NCBI GenBank assembly: GCA_025934955.1
Contig: JAICWE010000008.1
Span: 6,947-70,946, forward strand
Source: Gemmatimonadales bacterium
GTDB taxonomy: Bacteria > Gemmatimonadota > Gemmatimonadetes > Gemmatimonadales > GWC2-71-9
Length of the DNA stretch: 64,000 nucleotides
Direction of reading: 5' to 3'
Shown: positions 10,379 to 19,584 of the stretch, piece after piece
How positions within the stretch are numbered: the first letter of the stretch is position 1
Layout: every line of letters begins with the position of its first letter
Program-made: the position numbers and the translations under genes
The notes under the pieces: generated by a model
Told to the model about the DNA's origin: nothing
Databases searched by the model: none
Seen by the model: only the letters and a program-made list of their open reading frames with translations

Positions 10379-11355
10379 GGCAACGGCGCCGCCAGCGCGA
10401 GCGCAAAGCGGCCCTCCGGATCGGTGCGCCAGTCGGCCAGCGAAAGGTCCGCGTCGCTCAGCATGCCGACGGCGGTGGCGCGGTCGTACTTGCAGCTGAT
10501 CTCGGTGCGTACCGACTCACCTTCCTCGAACGCGACGACGCCGATGCCGGGAATCGTCACTTCCTGCGCGCGCACCGCGACAAGGTGCATCTCGATCCGG
10601 TGCGCCGCGCGCCGGTAGAACGCGAGGTGCCGGAATCCGCCGAGATCGAAATCGGCGCGGACGCGCTCGTTCAGCACCTGCAGCGCATTCAGGTTGAACT
10701 CGGCGGTGACGCCGCGGGCGTCGTTGTACGCCGCTTCCACCACCGCCACGTCCTTGCGCAGATCCATGCCGAGGAGGAAGCGATCGCCGGGCTGCATCTG
10801 GTGGCGTACCCGGCGCAGCAGCCGGATCGCCTCGGGGAAGTTGAAGTTGCCGATGGTGCTGCCGAGGAAGGCGACGAGCATCGGGCCGGGCAGGCGCGGA
10901 AGGGTGAACGGCAGCTCCAGATCGGCCACGAGCGGGCGCACCGCGAGCCCGGGATAGTCGCGACGCAGGCGCGCCGCGGTGTCGAGCAGGAACTCCGCGC
11001 TCACGTCGAGCGGGAGGTAGACGGGATCGGGAATGCGGGCAGACATCGCGTCGAGAATAAGTCGCGTCTTCTCGGCGGCCCCGGCGCCGAGTTCGACCAG
11101 CGCGCGGGGGCGGAGCTGCGCGATCAGCTCCGGCATCCATTCGGCCAGCACGGCCCGCTCGGCGCGCGTCGGGTAGTACTCCGGCAGGCGGGTGATCTCC
11201 TCGAACAGCTCGGAGCCGCGGGCGTCGTAGAAGAACCTGGGCGACAGAATCTTCGGCACGGCGCGGAGGCCCGCCTGAATCCCGGCCAGCTCGGCGGCGT
11301 CGCCCCGCTCGAGCGCGAATGCCGTGGCGGCCGCGCCGCCGGCAATCCTAGTCAT
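10375..11355 (-). CDS. egtD: L-histidine N(alpha)-methyltransferase
   Basis: I used the ATG at 11355 (MTRIAGG), which overlaps the egtB stop by 8 nt. EgtD motifs: FFYDARGSELFEEITRLPEYYPTRAE, VELGAGAAEKT, FLGSTIGNF, AYNDARGVTAEFNLN, TEISCKY. Confidence 0.9.
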   Translation of the reverse strand: MTRIAGGAAATAFALERGDAAELAGIQAGLRAVPKILSPRFFYDARGSELFEEITRLPEYYPTRAERAVLAEWMPELIAQLRPRALVELGAGAAEKTRLILDAMSARIPDPVYLPLDVSAEFLLDTAARLRRDYPGLAVRPLVADLELPFTLPRLPGPMLVAFLGSTIGNFNFPEAIRLLRRVRHQMQPGDRFLLGMDLRKDVAVVEAAYNDARGVTAEFNLNALQVLNERVRADFDLGGFRHLAFYRRAAHRIEMHLVAVRAQEVTIPGIGVVAFEEGESVRTEISCKYDRATAVGMLSDADLSLADWRTDPEGRFALALAAPLP

Positions 11356-12673
11356 CGCGAGCGCAGCGGAAGCCGCTGAAGATCTGGCGGCGGACGGGAT
11401 AGTCCCAGTTGCGGAAGCTGCTGCGCGCGACGCCGGGGCGCGTGGCCCACGAGCCGCCGCGGAGGACCTTGTAGTCGGACCCAAAGAACACCTCCGAATA
11501 CTCGGAGTACGGGAAGCTCCGGAAGCCGGGATACGGGAGGAAGTCCGAGCTGGTCCACTCCCAGACGTCGCCGATCATGCCGTAGCAGCCGATCGGAGAC
11601 AGGTTCGCTGCGTACGCGCCGATCGGTGCGGTGCCGAAGACGAGCTGATCCACGTTGGCCCGGGCCCCGTTAGGCGGATCGTCACCCCACGGATAGCGGC
11701 GGGCGCAGCCGGCGGCGGGATCCCACGTCGCCGCGGCTTCCCACTCCGCTTCCGTCGGGAGCCGCTTGCCGGCCCAGCGGGCGTACGCCTCCGCCTCGTA
11801 CCAGGAGACGTGGCAGACCGGGTGGGCCGGATCCACCGGCGCCGCGCGGTCCATCGAGCGGGTCCACCATTCGTGGTCGCGCCGCTCCCAGTAGAGCGGT
11901 GCCACGGCCCCGCTCTCGCCGAGCCAGCGGCGGCCGCCTTCGGACCACCCGCGTGCATCGGCATAGCCGCCGTCGGCAATGAAGGCGAGGTAGTCGCCGT
12001 TCGACACCGGCGCCGCGTCGATCCGGAACGGCGCGAGCGTCAGCGGGTGCCGGGGGCGCTCGTTGTCGTACGCGGCTGTGCGATCGTCGGTGCCGAGCGT
12101 GATCTCGCCGCCGGGAAAGCGCACCATGGCGCCGGGGCTGATGCGGCGCGATACCGGCGCCGGCTCGGCGCGGAGTGCCGGCGCGTACGGCTTGCCGCGC
12201 TTCAACTGCGCCGTCTGCAGTATCGTCTCCTGATGCTGCTCCTCGTGCTGCGCCACCATGCGCCAGACGTAGCCATCGCGGGTGAGCTCGTTCGACTCGA
12301 TGCCGCCGGCCGAGAGGCGCGCGGCGACGCGCCGGCGCACGTCGGCGAGCGTGGCGAGCGTCTCGCGGCGGCCGGGCAGCGCGAGTGCGCCGCGCTCGCG
12401 ACGGGGGTGCTCGAACGGATTGAACAGGCCCGGCATCTCGCCGAACGCGATCGGCCCCACCGTCTGCCGCAGCAGCCACAGCTCCTCGAAGCGCGCGATG
12501 TGGCCCAGATCCCAGACGATCGGGCTCATGAGCGGATCGTGCTGCGCGGTGAGATCGGCGTCGCTGAACGGCTCGAGCAGGAGCAGTGTCCGCTCGCGCG
12601 CGCCGGCGAGGCGGGCGAGGAGTCCCTGGCGCAGTGCGGCGCCGGGCGCCGGGCGCGTCTGTGTGGCAGTCAT
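11348..12673 (-). CDS. egtB: Hercynine oxygenase / sulfoxide synthase (DinB_2 plus FGE-sulfatase domains)
   Basis: N-terminal DinB-like segment (PIVWDLGHIARFEELW) and C-terminal FGE-type domain (GDVWEWTSSDFLPYPGF, RGGSWAT). Confidence 0.9.
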   Translation of the reverse strand: MTATQTRPAPGAALRQGLLARLAGARERTLLLLEPFSDADLTAQHDPLMSPIVWDLGHIARFEELWLLRQTVGPIAFGEMPGLFNPFEHPRRERGALALPGRRETLATLADVRRRVAARLSAGGIESNELTRDGYVWRMVAQHEEQHQETILQTAQLKRGKPYAPALRAEPAPVSRRISPGAMVRFPGGEITLGTDDRTAAYDNERPRHPLTLAPFRIDAAPVSNGDYLAFIADGGYADARGWSEGGRRWLGESGAVAPLYWERRDHEWWTRSMDRAAPVDPAHPVCHVSWYEAEAYARWAGKRLPTEAEWEAAATWDPAAGCARRYPWGDDPPNGARANVDQLVFGTAPIGAYAANLSPIGCYGMIGDVWEWTSSDFLPYPGFRSFPYSEYSEVFFGSDYKVLRGGSWATRPGVARSSFRNWDYPVRRQIFSGFRCARDD

Positions 12674-12933
12674 CGGGTACTCGCGAAGTTTGAGGTAGCC
12701 AACCTACCCGGCACCGCCGGGCGGCGGCGTGGCCCCGGTCACACCGACCCGAGACGGTTGCGGCGGGACGCCGTCGCGGAGTATATGCCCGCCGGCGGAC
12801 GAGTGGGAAATGTCTTCGCCGCGGTATTGGTTCCCGACCCCGGTCGCTTGCTGCGCTTCCCGCGAGCGTTGTATGTTGGCGCGACGACCGCTCAGGCCGC
12901 ACGACGACCGCTCTTCAGCCCGCCGAGCTCCGC

Positions 12934-13470
12934 ATGGACCCCGCGCCACCACCCGACTCGCCCCACGCCGGGCCGGCAGCACCGCCCGCACCCGAGCTGC
13001 TCGCACGGCGGCGCTTCCTCAGCCGCGTGTCGATTGCGCTCTCGGCGGCCGCCGCGGCCGTGGTGGGCGTGCCGGTGGTCGGCTTTCTGCTCGCGCCGCT
13101 CTTCCGTCGCTCGCCGCAGCAATGGCGCGCCGTCGGCGCGGCCGACAGCTTCAAGCTGAACGAGACGGTGAGCGTCACCTTCGAGGACGCGTCACCGCTC
13201 TCCTGGTCCGGCGTGACCGCCCGCACCGCCGCGTGGCTCCGCCACGACGCGGACGGCTTCACCGCCTTCTCGGTCAACTGCACCCACCTCGGCTGCCCGG
13301 TGCAGTGGCTCGCCGACGCGCAGCTTTTCCTCTGTCCCTGCCACGGCGGCGTCTACAACTCCGACGGTGCCGTCGCTGCGGGCCCGCCGCCCAGGCCGCT
13401 CCCCCGCTATCCGGTGCGGGTGCGGCGCGGGCAGGTCGAGATCCTCACCAGTCCGATTCCGCTGGTCTGA
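12934..13470 (+). CDS. Rieske [2Fe-2S] subunit of a cytochrome bc-type complex (Tat-exported)
   Basis: Twin-arginine motif RRRFLS plus a TM helix. Rieske boxes CTHLGC and CPCHGG. Confidence 0.9.
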   Translation: MDPAPPPDSPHAGPAAPPAPELLARRRFLSRVSIALSAAAAAVVGVPVVGFLLAPLFRRSPQQWRAVGAADSFKLNETVSVTFEDASPLSWSGVTARTAAWLRHDADGFTAFSVNCTHLGCPVQWLADAQLFLCPCHGGVYNSDGAVAAGPPPRPLPRYPVRVRRGQVEILTSPIPLV

Positions 13471-13480
13471 GGCGCCGCCG

Positions 13481-14860
13481 ATGCGACGACTGATGGCGTG
13501 GCTCGACGACCGCACCGGGCTGATCAGCTGGAGCAAGTGGGCGCTGGAGCATCCGGTACCGCCGCGCACCGGGTGGTGGTACGTCTTCGGCAGCGCGACC
13601 TTCCTGGCGTTTCTGCTGCAGGTGGTGACCGGCATCGCGCTCGCGACGGCATACGTCCCCTCGGCGGGCCAGGCATACGAGAGTCTGCGTTTTATCAGCG
13701 AGCGGGCGCTGATGGGACACTTCCTCCGCGGGCTCCACTACTTCGGCGCCTCGGCGATGGTGATCCTGATCGGCGCGCACGTCACGCGCACCTACCTGAT
13801 GGGCGCCTACAAGTTTCCCCGCGAGCTCAACTGGCTGAGCGGCGCGCTGCTGCTGCTGCTCACGCTGGCGCTGGCATTCACCGGCCAGCTCCTGCGGTGG
13901 GACCAGACGGCGGTGTGGTCGGTGATCGTCGCGGCGGCGCAGGCGGGCCGCGTGCCGGTGATCGGGCCGGAGCTGGTGAAGCTCGTCCTCGCGGGCGACA
14001 CGCTCGGGGGACAGACGCTCAGTCGCTTCTTCGCGTTCCACGTCTTCTTCATACCCGCGCTCGTCTTTCTGCTCGTGGCACTGCACCTGGCGCTGGTGCT
14101 GCGCCACGGCATTTCCGAGCGGCCCACGCCGGGCGAGCCGGTGGACAAGGCGACGTACCGCCGGCGCTACGCCGAGCTGATGGCGCGCGAGGGCGTGCCC
14201 TTCTGGCCCGACGCCGCGTGGCGTGACGTCGTCGCGGGCGCGGTGGTGGTCGCCGTCGTGGCGCTGCTGGCGCTCATCGTCGGACCGCCCGCGCTGGGCA
14301 ATCCGCCGGATCCGAGCATCCTGCACGCCTACCCGCGGCCCGACTGGTACTTCCTCTGGTACTTCGCGGTGCTGGCGCTGACGCCGAATCACCTCGAGAC
14401 GATCGTGATCGTCTTCGGGCCGCTGATCTTCGGCGCGATCCTGCTGTTCATGCCGCTGTTCAACACCGGCGAGCGCAGCGTGAAGCGGCGACCGTGGGCG
14501 GGGCTGGTCGTCTTCTTCATCGTGTTCGTGATCGCGGCGTTCTGGATGGCGGGCAACAAGGCGCCGTGGTCGCCCGACTTCGAGGCGCAGCCGCTGGCGG
14601 CCTCGGTGGTGGGCGACACGACGGCGGCGGTGGTGCGGGGCGCGCGGCTCTTCCACGACAAGGGATGCGAGTACTGCCATCAGATCGGCAGCCAGGGCGG
14701 CAAGCGCGGCCCCGATCTCAGCGACGTGGCGACGCGGATGACGCCCGATGCGATGGCGCTCAAGATCACCAACGGCGGGCCGGACATGCCGCCGTTCGTC
14801 AGCAATCTCTCCCCCGACGAGCTCCAGGCGATCGTGGCGTTCCTGACTACGCGGAAATAG
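13481..14860 (+). CDS. Cytochrome b (b6 plus subunit-IV-like) fused to a C-terminal monohaem cytochrome c domain
   Basis: ATG at 13481 (MRRLMAWLDD), 10 nt after the Rieske stop. Cytochrome b motifs are WWYVFGS, LRGLHYFGAS, YKFPRELNW and LLRWDQ. The C-terminal haem c site is GCEYCHQIG, followed by PDMP. Confidence 0.9.
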   Translation: MRRLMAWLDDRTGLISWSKWALEHPVPPRTGWWYVFGSATFLAFLLQVVTGIALATAYVPSAGQAYESLRFISERALMGHFLRGLHYFGASAMVILIGAHVTRTYLMGAYKFPRELNWLSGALLLLLTLALAFTGQLLRWDQTAVWSVIVAAAQAGRVPVIGPELVKLVLAGDTLGGQTLSRFFAFHVFFIPALVFLLVALHLALVLRHGISERPTPGEPVDKATYRRRYAELMAREGVPFWPDAAWRDVVAGAVVVAVVALLALIVGPPALGNPPDPSILHAYPRPDWYFLWYFAVLALTPNHLETIVIVFGPLIFGAILLFMPLFNTGERSVKRRPWAGLVVFFIVFVIAAFWMAGNKAPWSPDFEAQPLAASVVGDTTAAVVRGARLFHDKGCEYCHQIGSQGGKRGPDLSDVATRMTPDAMALKITNGGPDMPPFVSNLSPDELQAIVAFLTTRK

Positions 14861-14957
14861 ACGCTCAGCAAAGGCTTCAGCCCCGGCGTAGTGCGCGTAC
14901 GTCGCACTATCTTTCCCCCCTCGCCGCTCCCGACGTCTCGTCCCGGGAAGGAAGCTG

Positions 14958-15917
14958 ATGCCGGACCGCAGTTTCAGCCGTTACGCCTGGGGCGTGCTCG
15001 CCGCCATGCTCGTCGTCATCGCCTGGGGTGCGTTCGTGCGCGCGTCGGGCTCGGGCGCGGGCTGCGGCAGTCACTGGCCGCTCTGCAACGGTGTCGTGCT
15101 CCCCCGCTCGCACCGCGTGGCGACGCTGATCGAGTTCGCCCATCGGGTCAGCAGCGGGCTCGCATTCCTGCTCGTCGCGATCCTGGCGCTCTGGGCGGGG
15201 CGGGCCCTGCCGCGCGGTCACCTGGCGCGCGGCGCCGCGTTCGCCGCCGTGTTGCTCATGATCACCGAGTCGGCCATCGGTGCCGGGCTCGTGCTGCTGG
15301 CCCACGTCGCCACCGATCAATCGGCGGCACGGATCGGCTGGCTCGCGCTGCACCTCACCAACACCTTCTTCCTCCTCGCGGCGCTCGCGCTCACGGCGTG
15401 GTGGTCCACGCGCGACGACTACGTCCTCCGGCGCCACGCTCCGGGACCGCTGCTTCCGCTCGCCGCGCTCGGCGCCGGGCTCACGATCGTCCTCGGCATC
15501 ACCGGCGCCATCGCCGCGCTGGGCGACACGCTCTTCCCCGCCGGCTCGCTCGCCGCCGGCATCGAACGCGACTTCGCGCCCACCGCGCACCTGGCGCTCC
15601 GGCTGCGCGTGCTCCACCCGGTGCTCGCGGTAGCGACCGGACTCTTCCTCATGTTCGTCGGCATCGTGGCCGCGTCGCGCTCACCGGCGACGGCGCGGCT
15701 CGGCCGGGTGCTCGCCGGCCTCGTCGTGGCGCAGTGGATCGTCGGCAGCGTCAACCTCCTGCTGCTCGCGCCGATTCCGCTCCAGCTCAGTCACCTGGCG
15801 CTCGCCGATCTCGTGTGGGTAGTGCTGGTGCTGGTGACCGGCGCGGCGTGCTCCGGCCCCGCGGGTGAGCGCGTCGCCGCGCCGGATCCGGCGGCACTCG
15901 CCGCCGCGCAGCGTTAG
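14958..15917 (+). CDS. ctaA: Haem A synthase (COX15/CtaA family)
   Basis: WGAFVRASGSGAGCGSHWPLCNG motif, multiple TM helices with conserved His residues, GGAAG Shine-Dalgarno upstream. Confidence 0.85.
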   Translation: MPDRSFSRYAWGVLAAMLVVIAWGAFVRASGSGAGCGSHWPLCNGVVLPRSHRVATLIEFAHRVSSGLAFLLVAILALWAGRALPRGHLARGAAFAAVLLMITESAIGAGLVLLAHVATDQSAARIGWLALHLTNTFFLLAALALTAWWSTRDDYVLRRHAPGPLLPLAALGAGLTIVLGITGAIAALGDTLFPAGSLAAGIERDFAPTAHLALRLRVLHPVLAVATGLFLMFVGIVAASRSPATARLGRVLAGLVVAQWIVGSVNLLLLAPIPLQLSHLALADLVWVVLVLVTGAACSGPAGERVAAPDPAALAAAQR

Positions 15918-15922
15918 CCCCG

Positions 15923-16867
15923 ATGCGCGCACCGCAGCCGCCGGCCGCCGGCATCCCCACGTCGCGCACCCGCATCACCGTCGCCCTGGCGGTGAGCGTG
16001 GTGGTGCACGCGCTACTGCTCGCCATCGCGCTCGGGCGACTGCATGGCAGCCGGGCGGCGGATGAGCAGCAGCAGCGCGCCGCGGAGCAGCGACAGGTCG
16101 AGATGGTGTACATCCCGCCGCCACCGCCGCAGCGCCGAGCCGCCCCGGCGCCGAAGCCCGCTCCCGAGCCGAAGGCGCCTGAGCCCCCGCCGCCCGAGCA
16201 GCCGATGCAGACCCGGCCACCGAGCGAAAAGCCGCCCCAGGCGACCCCGCTCGCGGCCGCCGTGCGCGATCTGCTCTCGCCCCGCGCCGAAGCGCCCGAC
16301 GCGCCGCACGCCGACGACGCCGGCGGCGATCAGGGAAAGGCGAGTCGCCCGACCGAGCCGCCGACACCCGAGCCGAAGCCGGCACAACCCGCCGCAGCCG
16401 AGGCAGCGGCGGCCCCGCTCACGGCCGCGCCGCCCGCACCGGGCAGCGAGGAGGCGGAAGCGCAGCGGCTCTTCGGCAATCATCGCGGTGAGGGCACGCC
16501 GATGGCGAGCGTGAGCACCCGTTTCTCCACCCTCGCCGACGCGTCGGCCGACGCCGAGGCGAGCAACTGCAAGCCGACGCCGCAGCCGGTGGGCTCGGCT
16601 GTGGAGTATGGGACGGCGACGGGGCGGATACTGGGGAGGGACGACGGGCGGCCGCTCGCGGGCGCGCACCTGCAGATGATCGGAACGCCCTACAATACCT
16701 TCACCGACTCACGCGGCTGGTACGTCTTCAAGTTCGACCTGTCGCTGGTGCGGAACTGCCGGAGCCAGTTCGTGTGGGTGGATGCGCCCGGCTACTCGCG
16801 ACAGCGGCTCGAGCTGATGGTCGGCCGCAACGTGCAGAGCGACGACGTGCTGCTGCCCCGGCACTAG
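15923..16867 (+). CDS. Membrane-anchored proline-rich protein with C-terminal carboxypeptidase-regulatory-like fold (TonB-like N-terminus)
   Basis: N-terminal TM helix (ITVALAVSVVVHALLLAIAL), a long Pro/Ala/Glu linker (PPPPPQRRAAPAPKPAPEPKAPEPPPPE), and a C-terminal beta-rich segment (GRILGRDDGRPLAGAHLQMIGTPYNTFTDSRGWYVFKF). Confidence 0.6.
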   Translation: MRAPQPPAAGIPTSRTRITVALAVSVVVHALLLAIALGRLHGSRAADEQQQRAAEQRQVEMVYIPPPPPQRRAAPAPKPAPEPKAPEPPPPEQPMQTRPPSEKPPQATPLAAAVRDLLSPRAEAPDAPHADDAGGDQGKASRPTEPPTPEPKPAQPAAAEAAAAPLTAAPPAPGSEEAEAQRLFGNHRGEGTPMASVSTRFSTLADASADAEASNCKPTPQPVGSAVEYGTATGRILGRDDGRPLAGAHLQMIGTPYNTFTDSRGWYVFKFDLSLVRNCRSQFVWVDAPGYSRQRLELMVGRNVQSDDVLLPRH

Positions 16868-16895
16868 CGGCGCGTGCTCGATCGGCGCGCGGCAT

Positions 16896-17507
16896 TCAGC
16901 TTCCGCGCGTCGCCTCGACGCTCAGGTCGATTTCCACGTCATCCCCCAGGAGCGCGCCACCACCTTCCACCGCGCGGTTCCAGGTGATTCCCCAGTCCAG
17001 CCGGTTGATCCGCGTCGCCGCATGAAAGCCGACCCGCTGCGGCGGGCCGCCCGCCTGCACGCCGAGCATCTCGCCCTCGAGCACCACCGGCCGGGTGACG
17101 CCCTTCATGGTGAGGTCGCCATTGATCCAGAGCTGATCGCCGCTCACCTGCACGCTCGTGCTGGTGAACGTCAGCACCGGGTATTTCGCGGCGTCGAAGA
17201 AATCGGACGAGCGGAGGTCGGCGTCCCGCCGGCCATTCCGCGTGTCGATCGACGCGGTCTTGATCGTGACCGAGACCGAGCCGTGCTCCCATGCGCCGGA
17301 GTCGGCGGTGATGGTGCCCTTCCATTGGGTGAAGCTGCCACTCACGTGGCTCATCAGGTGCCGGATACGGAAACTGATCGCCGAGTGCGCCGGATCTATC
17401 GTCCAGATCGTTGCCGCGCCGCCGCCGGCACGCGGCGCCCGCGCCGGCGGGGAGCCGGATACGAGAACGGCCGCGCCGAGCGCGGCCAGTAGAGCGATGG
17501 CGAGCAT
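16896..17507 (-). CDS. YceI family periplasmic protein
   Basis: Signal peptide, then WTIDPAHSAISFRIRHLMSHVSGSF, RDADLRSSDFFDAAKYP and INGDLTMKGVTRPV, which are typical YceI motifs. Confidence 0.9.
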   Translation of the reverse strand: MLAIALLAALGAAVLVSGSPPARAPRAGGGAATIWTIDPAHSAISFRIRHLMSHVSGSFTQWKGTITADSGAWEHGSVSVTIKTASIDTRNGRRDADLRSSDFFDAAKYPVLTFTSTSVQVSGDQLWINGDLTMKGVTRPVVLEGEMLGVQAGGPPQRVGFHAATRINRLDWGITWNRAVEGGGALLGDDVEIDLSVEATRGS

Positions 17508-17516
17508 GCGCGAATA

Positions 17517-17879
17517 CTACTCACGCCGCGGTGGCTCCGCCGAGTGCCGCTGGCCGGTCACCCGCTCCCACGCGTCCTTCACCGCGTCCTTGATTTCCTC
17601 CCACGCCGAGGCGTGCTCGCCGCGATGCGGGTAGCGCTCCCAGCCGCTCCGCAGGTCGGGCTCGGCCTCGTCCCAGTTTCGACCCATCGAGTGATGCGCC
17701 GACTCGAAGCCGTAGCGGAACGCCGGGCGGAACCGGTCGTAGTAATCGGGCCCGATGTAGTACGGTCTGCTGCTGAAGTTCTCGGTCCAGTAGTTGTCCT
17801 CGGTATCCCATGCGGCGGCCCAGGTTTCGTCGGCGGGGGTGCCGGGGTCGGGCTGCTTCGGATCGCGGCGATCGGGCAT
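17517..17879 (-). CDS. Conserved hypothetical protein, Trp/Tyr/Arg-rich
   Basis: 120 aa, ending 9 nt upstream of the yceI start. Its C-terminal module FESAHHSMGRNWDEAEPDLRSGWERYPHRGEHASAWEEIKDAVKDAWERV recurs at 19970-20206. Confidence 0.65.
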   Translation of the reverse strand: MPDRRDPKQPDPGTPADETWAAAWDTEDNYWTENFSSRPYYIGPDYYDRFRPAFRYGFESAHHSMGRNWDEAEPDLRSGWERYPHRGEHASAWEEIKDAVKDAWERVTGQRHSAEPPRRE

Positions 17880-17939
17880 ACGGGCCTCGCGGCTGAAGTG
17901 GCATCATCATACGCTGCCGCGACCGGCGGACCCGTGAGG

Positions 17940-18287
17940 ATGGTCACCCGCCTTACTTTTGTTGCGATGATCGTCATGGACCGGGAGAATCTCTTTGCCC
18001 GCGGCTGGTCGCACGTGCTCTCCACGGAGGACGACCCCGCGGAGCTCGACGCCTTCCGGCGCCGGGTCGGCGCGCCGCCCGCCGCGCTGCAACTCCGCAA
18101 CACCGACTGGCCACACCTCGATCTCAAGCTCGAGCCCCGCGAGCGCGCCCTCGCCGATGCCGGTGTGCGGGTGTTCGAGCGCACCGCCGACCTGATCCGC
18201 TTCATGCGGCACGTGCGCGCGCAGCGCGAGTCGCGCGACGCACGCGCGCCCCGGCCGGAACCGGGGCGCGCACCACTCGGATCGTAG
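17940..18287 (+). CDS. DUF4031-like protein
   Basis: I used the ATG at 17940; ATG 17967 is also possible. MDRENLFARGWSHVLSTEDDPAELDAFRRRVGAP...HLDL...AL..GV resembles the DUF4031 pattern as I remember it. Confidence 0.6.
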   Translation: MVTRLTFVAMIVMDRENLFARGWSHVLSTEDDPAELDAFRRRVGAPPAALQLRNTDWPHLDLKLEPRERALADAGVRVFERTADLIRFMRHVRAQRESRDARAPRPEPGRAPLGS

Positions 18288-18308
18288 GCGCCGAGCGCGG
18301 GCGCGGTG

Positions 18309-19358
18309 TCAGCTCGCCGTGCCGGCGCCGCGGCGCCGCGTGCTCTCCTGCTCGGTTCGATTATGCTCCTGGTCCTTGCCGGTGATCTTGTTCCACAGAC
18401 CGCCGTGGACCTTGAGCTGGTTGTTCACGTCCCTGACCCCCGAGCAACGCTCCGCCAGATCCTCGGCCAGCCGCTTGGCGTGACGATCCTCGACCGTGCC
18501 GCTGAGCGTGACCTCGCCCTTGTCGACCTTCACGTCGATCTCGCTGGCGTCGATCTCGGGATTGCGGGTCAACTCCTCGTTCACGTCCTCGCGGATCCGA
18601 TCGTCACCGCGCTGGTAACCCTTCGGGCCCCGCCCGCTGTAGCTCCCTTGCTGGCCCCAGCTCCCCTGCTGGTTGCCGTAGCGGGATCCGAACTGGGTGC
18701 CCTGCCCCGTCGCGTAGCCGGCGCCGTAGAAGCGCTCGCCCTGCGAGCCATAATGCTGCGGCCCGTATGCGTGTGAGCCGCCGCCCTGCCAGCGGTTCGG
18801 CTCCGAGGCGGAGCCGCTCTGGCCGTAGCCGCCGCCGTAGCTCGTATAGCCCGAGCTCATGTCGCGCCCGGTCATCGAGCCGGAGGTGCCCTGGTAGCCG
18901 TACTGCGAGCCGCCCATCGGCGAGCCGCTGCTTCCCTGCCAGCTCCCCGGGCCCGGCGAGCCGCCGCCGTACGACTGGAACCCACCCTGGTAAGGGAACC
19001 CACCCTGGTGCCCGCCCGACTCGTAGCGTCCCTGCTGGCCGCCGTAGCCCTGCCCGAAGTGCTGGCCGTACTGCTGCCCGTACTGCGGCTGGCCGTAGCT
19101 CCCCTGGTGTCCGGGGCCCTCGCCGTAGCCCTGCCCGCCGTAGCCCTGCCCGAGATTGTGGGACATCTGGTTGTACTCGCCCTGCTGCTGACCGCCGTAC
19201 TGTCCGCCGAAGCCTGAACTGCCGTATCCGCCGCGACCCTGTCCGAATCCACCCTGGCCCATGTTGCCCTGGCTCTGCCAGCGCTCGTTCTCCCGCTGCC
19301 GGTCCCAATCCTCGCGATCGTAGCGGAAATTCTGCTGATTGAAGTCGTCGCGTGCCAT
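18309..19358 (-). CDS. BON-domain protein with a ~230-aa G/Q/Y/S-rich low-complexity N-terminal region
   Basis: I used the ATG at 19358 (MARDDFNQQNF, GGAGA Shine-Dalgarno upstream). The C-terminal BON domain is EIDVKVDKGEVTLSGTVEDRHAKRLAEDLAERCSGVRDVNNQLKV. The middle is dominated by GQ, GY, YG and QG dipeptides. Confidence 0.85.
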   Translation of the reverse strand: MARDDFNQQNFRYDREDWDRQRENERWQSQGNMGQGGFGQGRGGYGSSGFGGQYGGQQQGEYNQMSHNLGQGYGGQGYGEGPGHQGSYGQPQYGQQYGQHFGQGYGGQQGRYESGGHQGGFPYQGGFQSYGGGSPGPGSWQGSSGSPMGGSQYGYQGTSGSMTGRDMSSGYTSYGGGYGQSGSASEPNRWQGGGSHAYGPQHYGSQGERFYGAGYATGQGTQFGSRYGNQQGSWGQQGSYSGRGPKGYQRGDDRIREDVNEELTRNPEIDASEIDVKVDKGEVTLSGTVEDRHAKRLAEDLAERCSGVRDVNNQLKVHGGLWNKITGKDQEHNRTEQESTRRRGAGTAS

Positions 19359-19584
19359 GCTGCCGTTATCTCCCCGCTCTATGGTGATCGGCGCCCTGAT
19401 GCGGCGCGGGATGGAGGTTGCCATTCGAGATGGTCGAGGGGGCTCACCTCAGGGCGCGCACCATACAACCTGGGTCGCACCGCGACTGTGAGTTTCGTCA
19501 CCGTCGAAGCGCCCGACGCTGGCATGCACGTTGCCGAACGCCGCTGCTCCCCTCCCGACTCAGACGAGCATTCCAGGAGACAGC

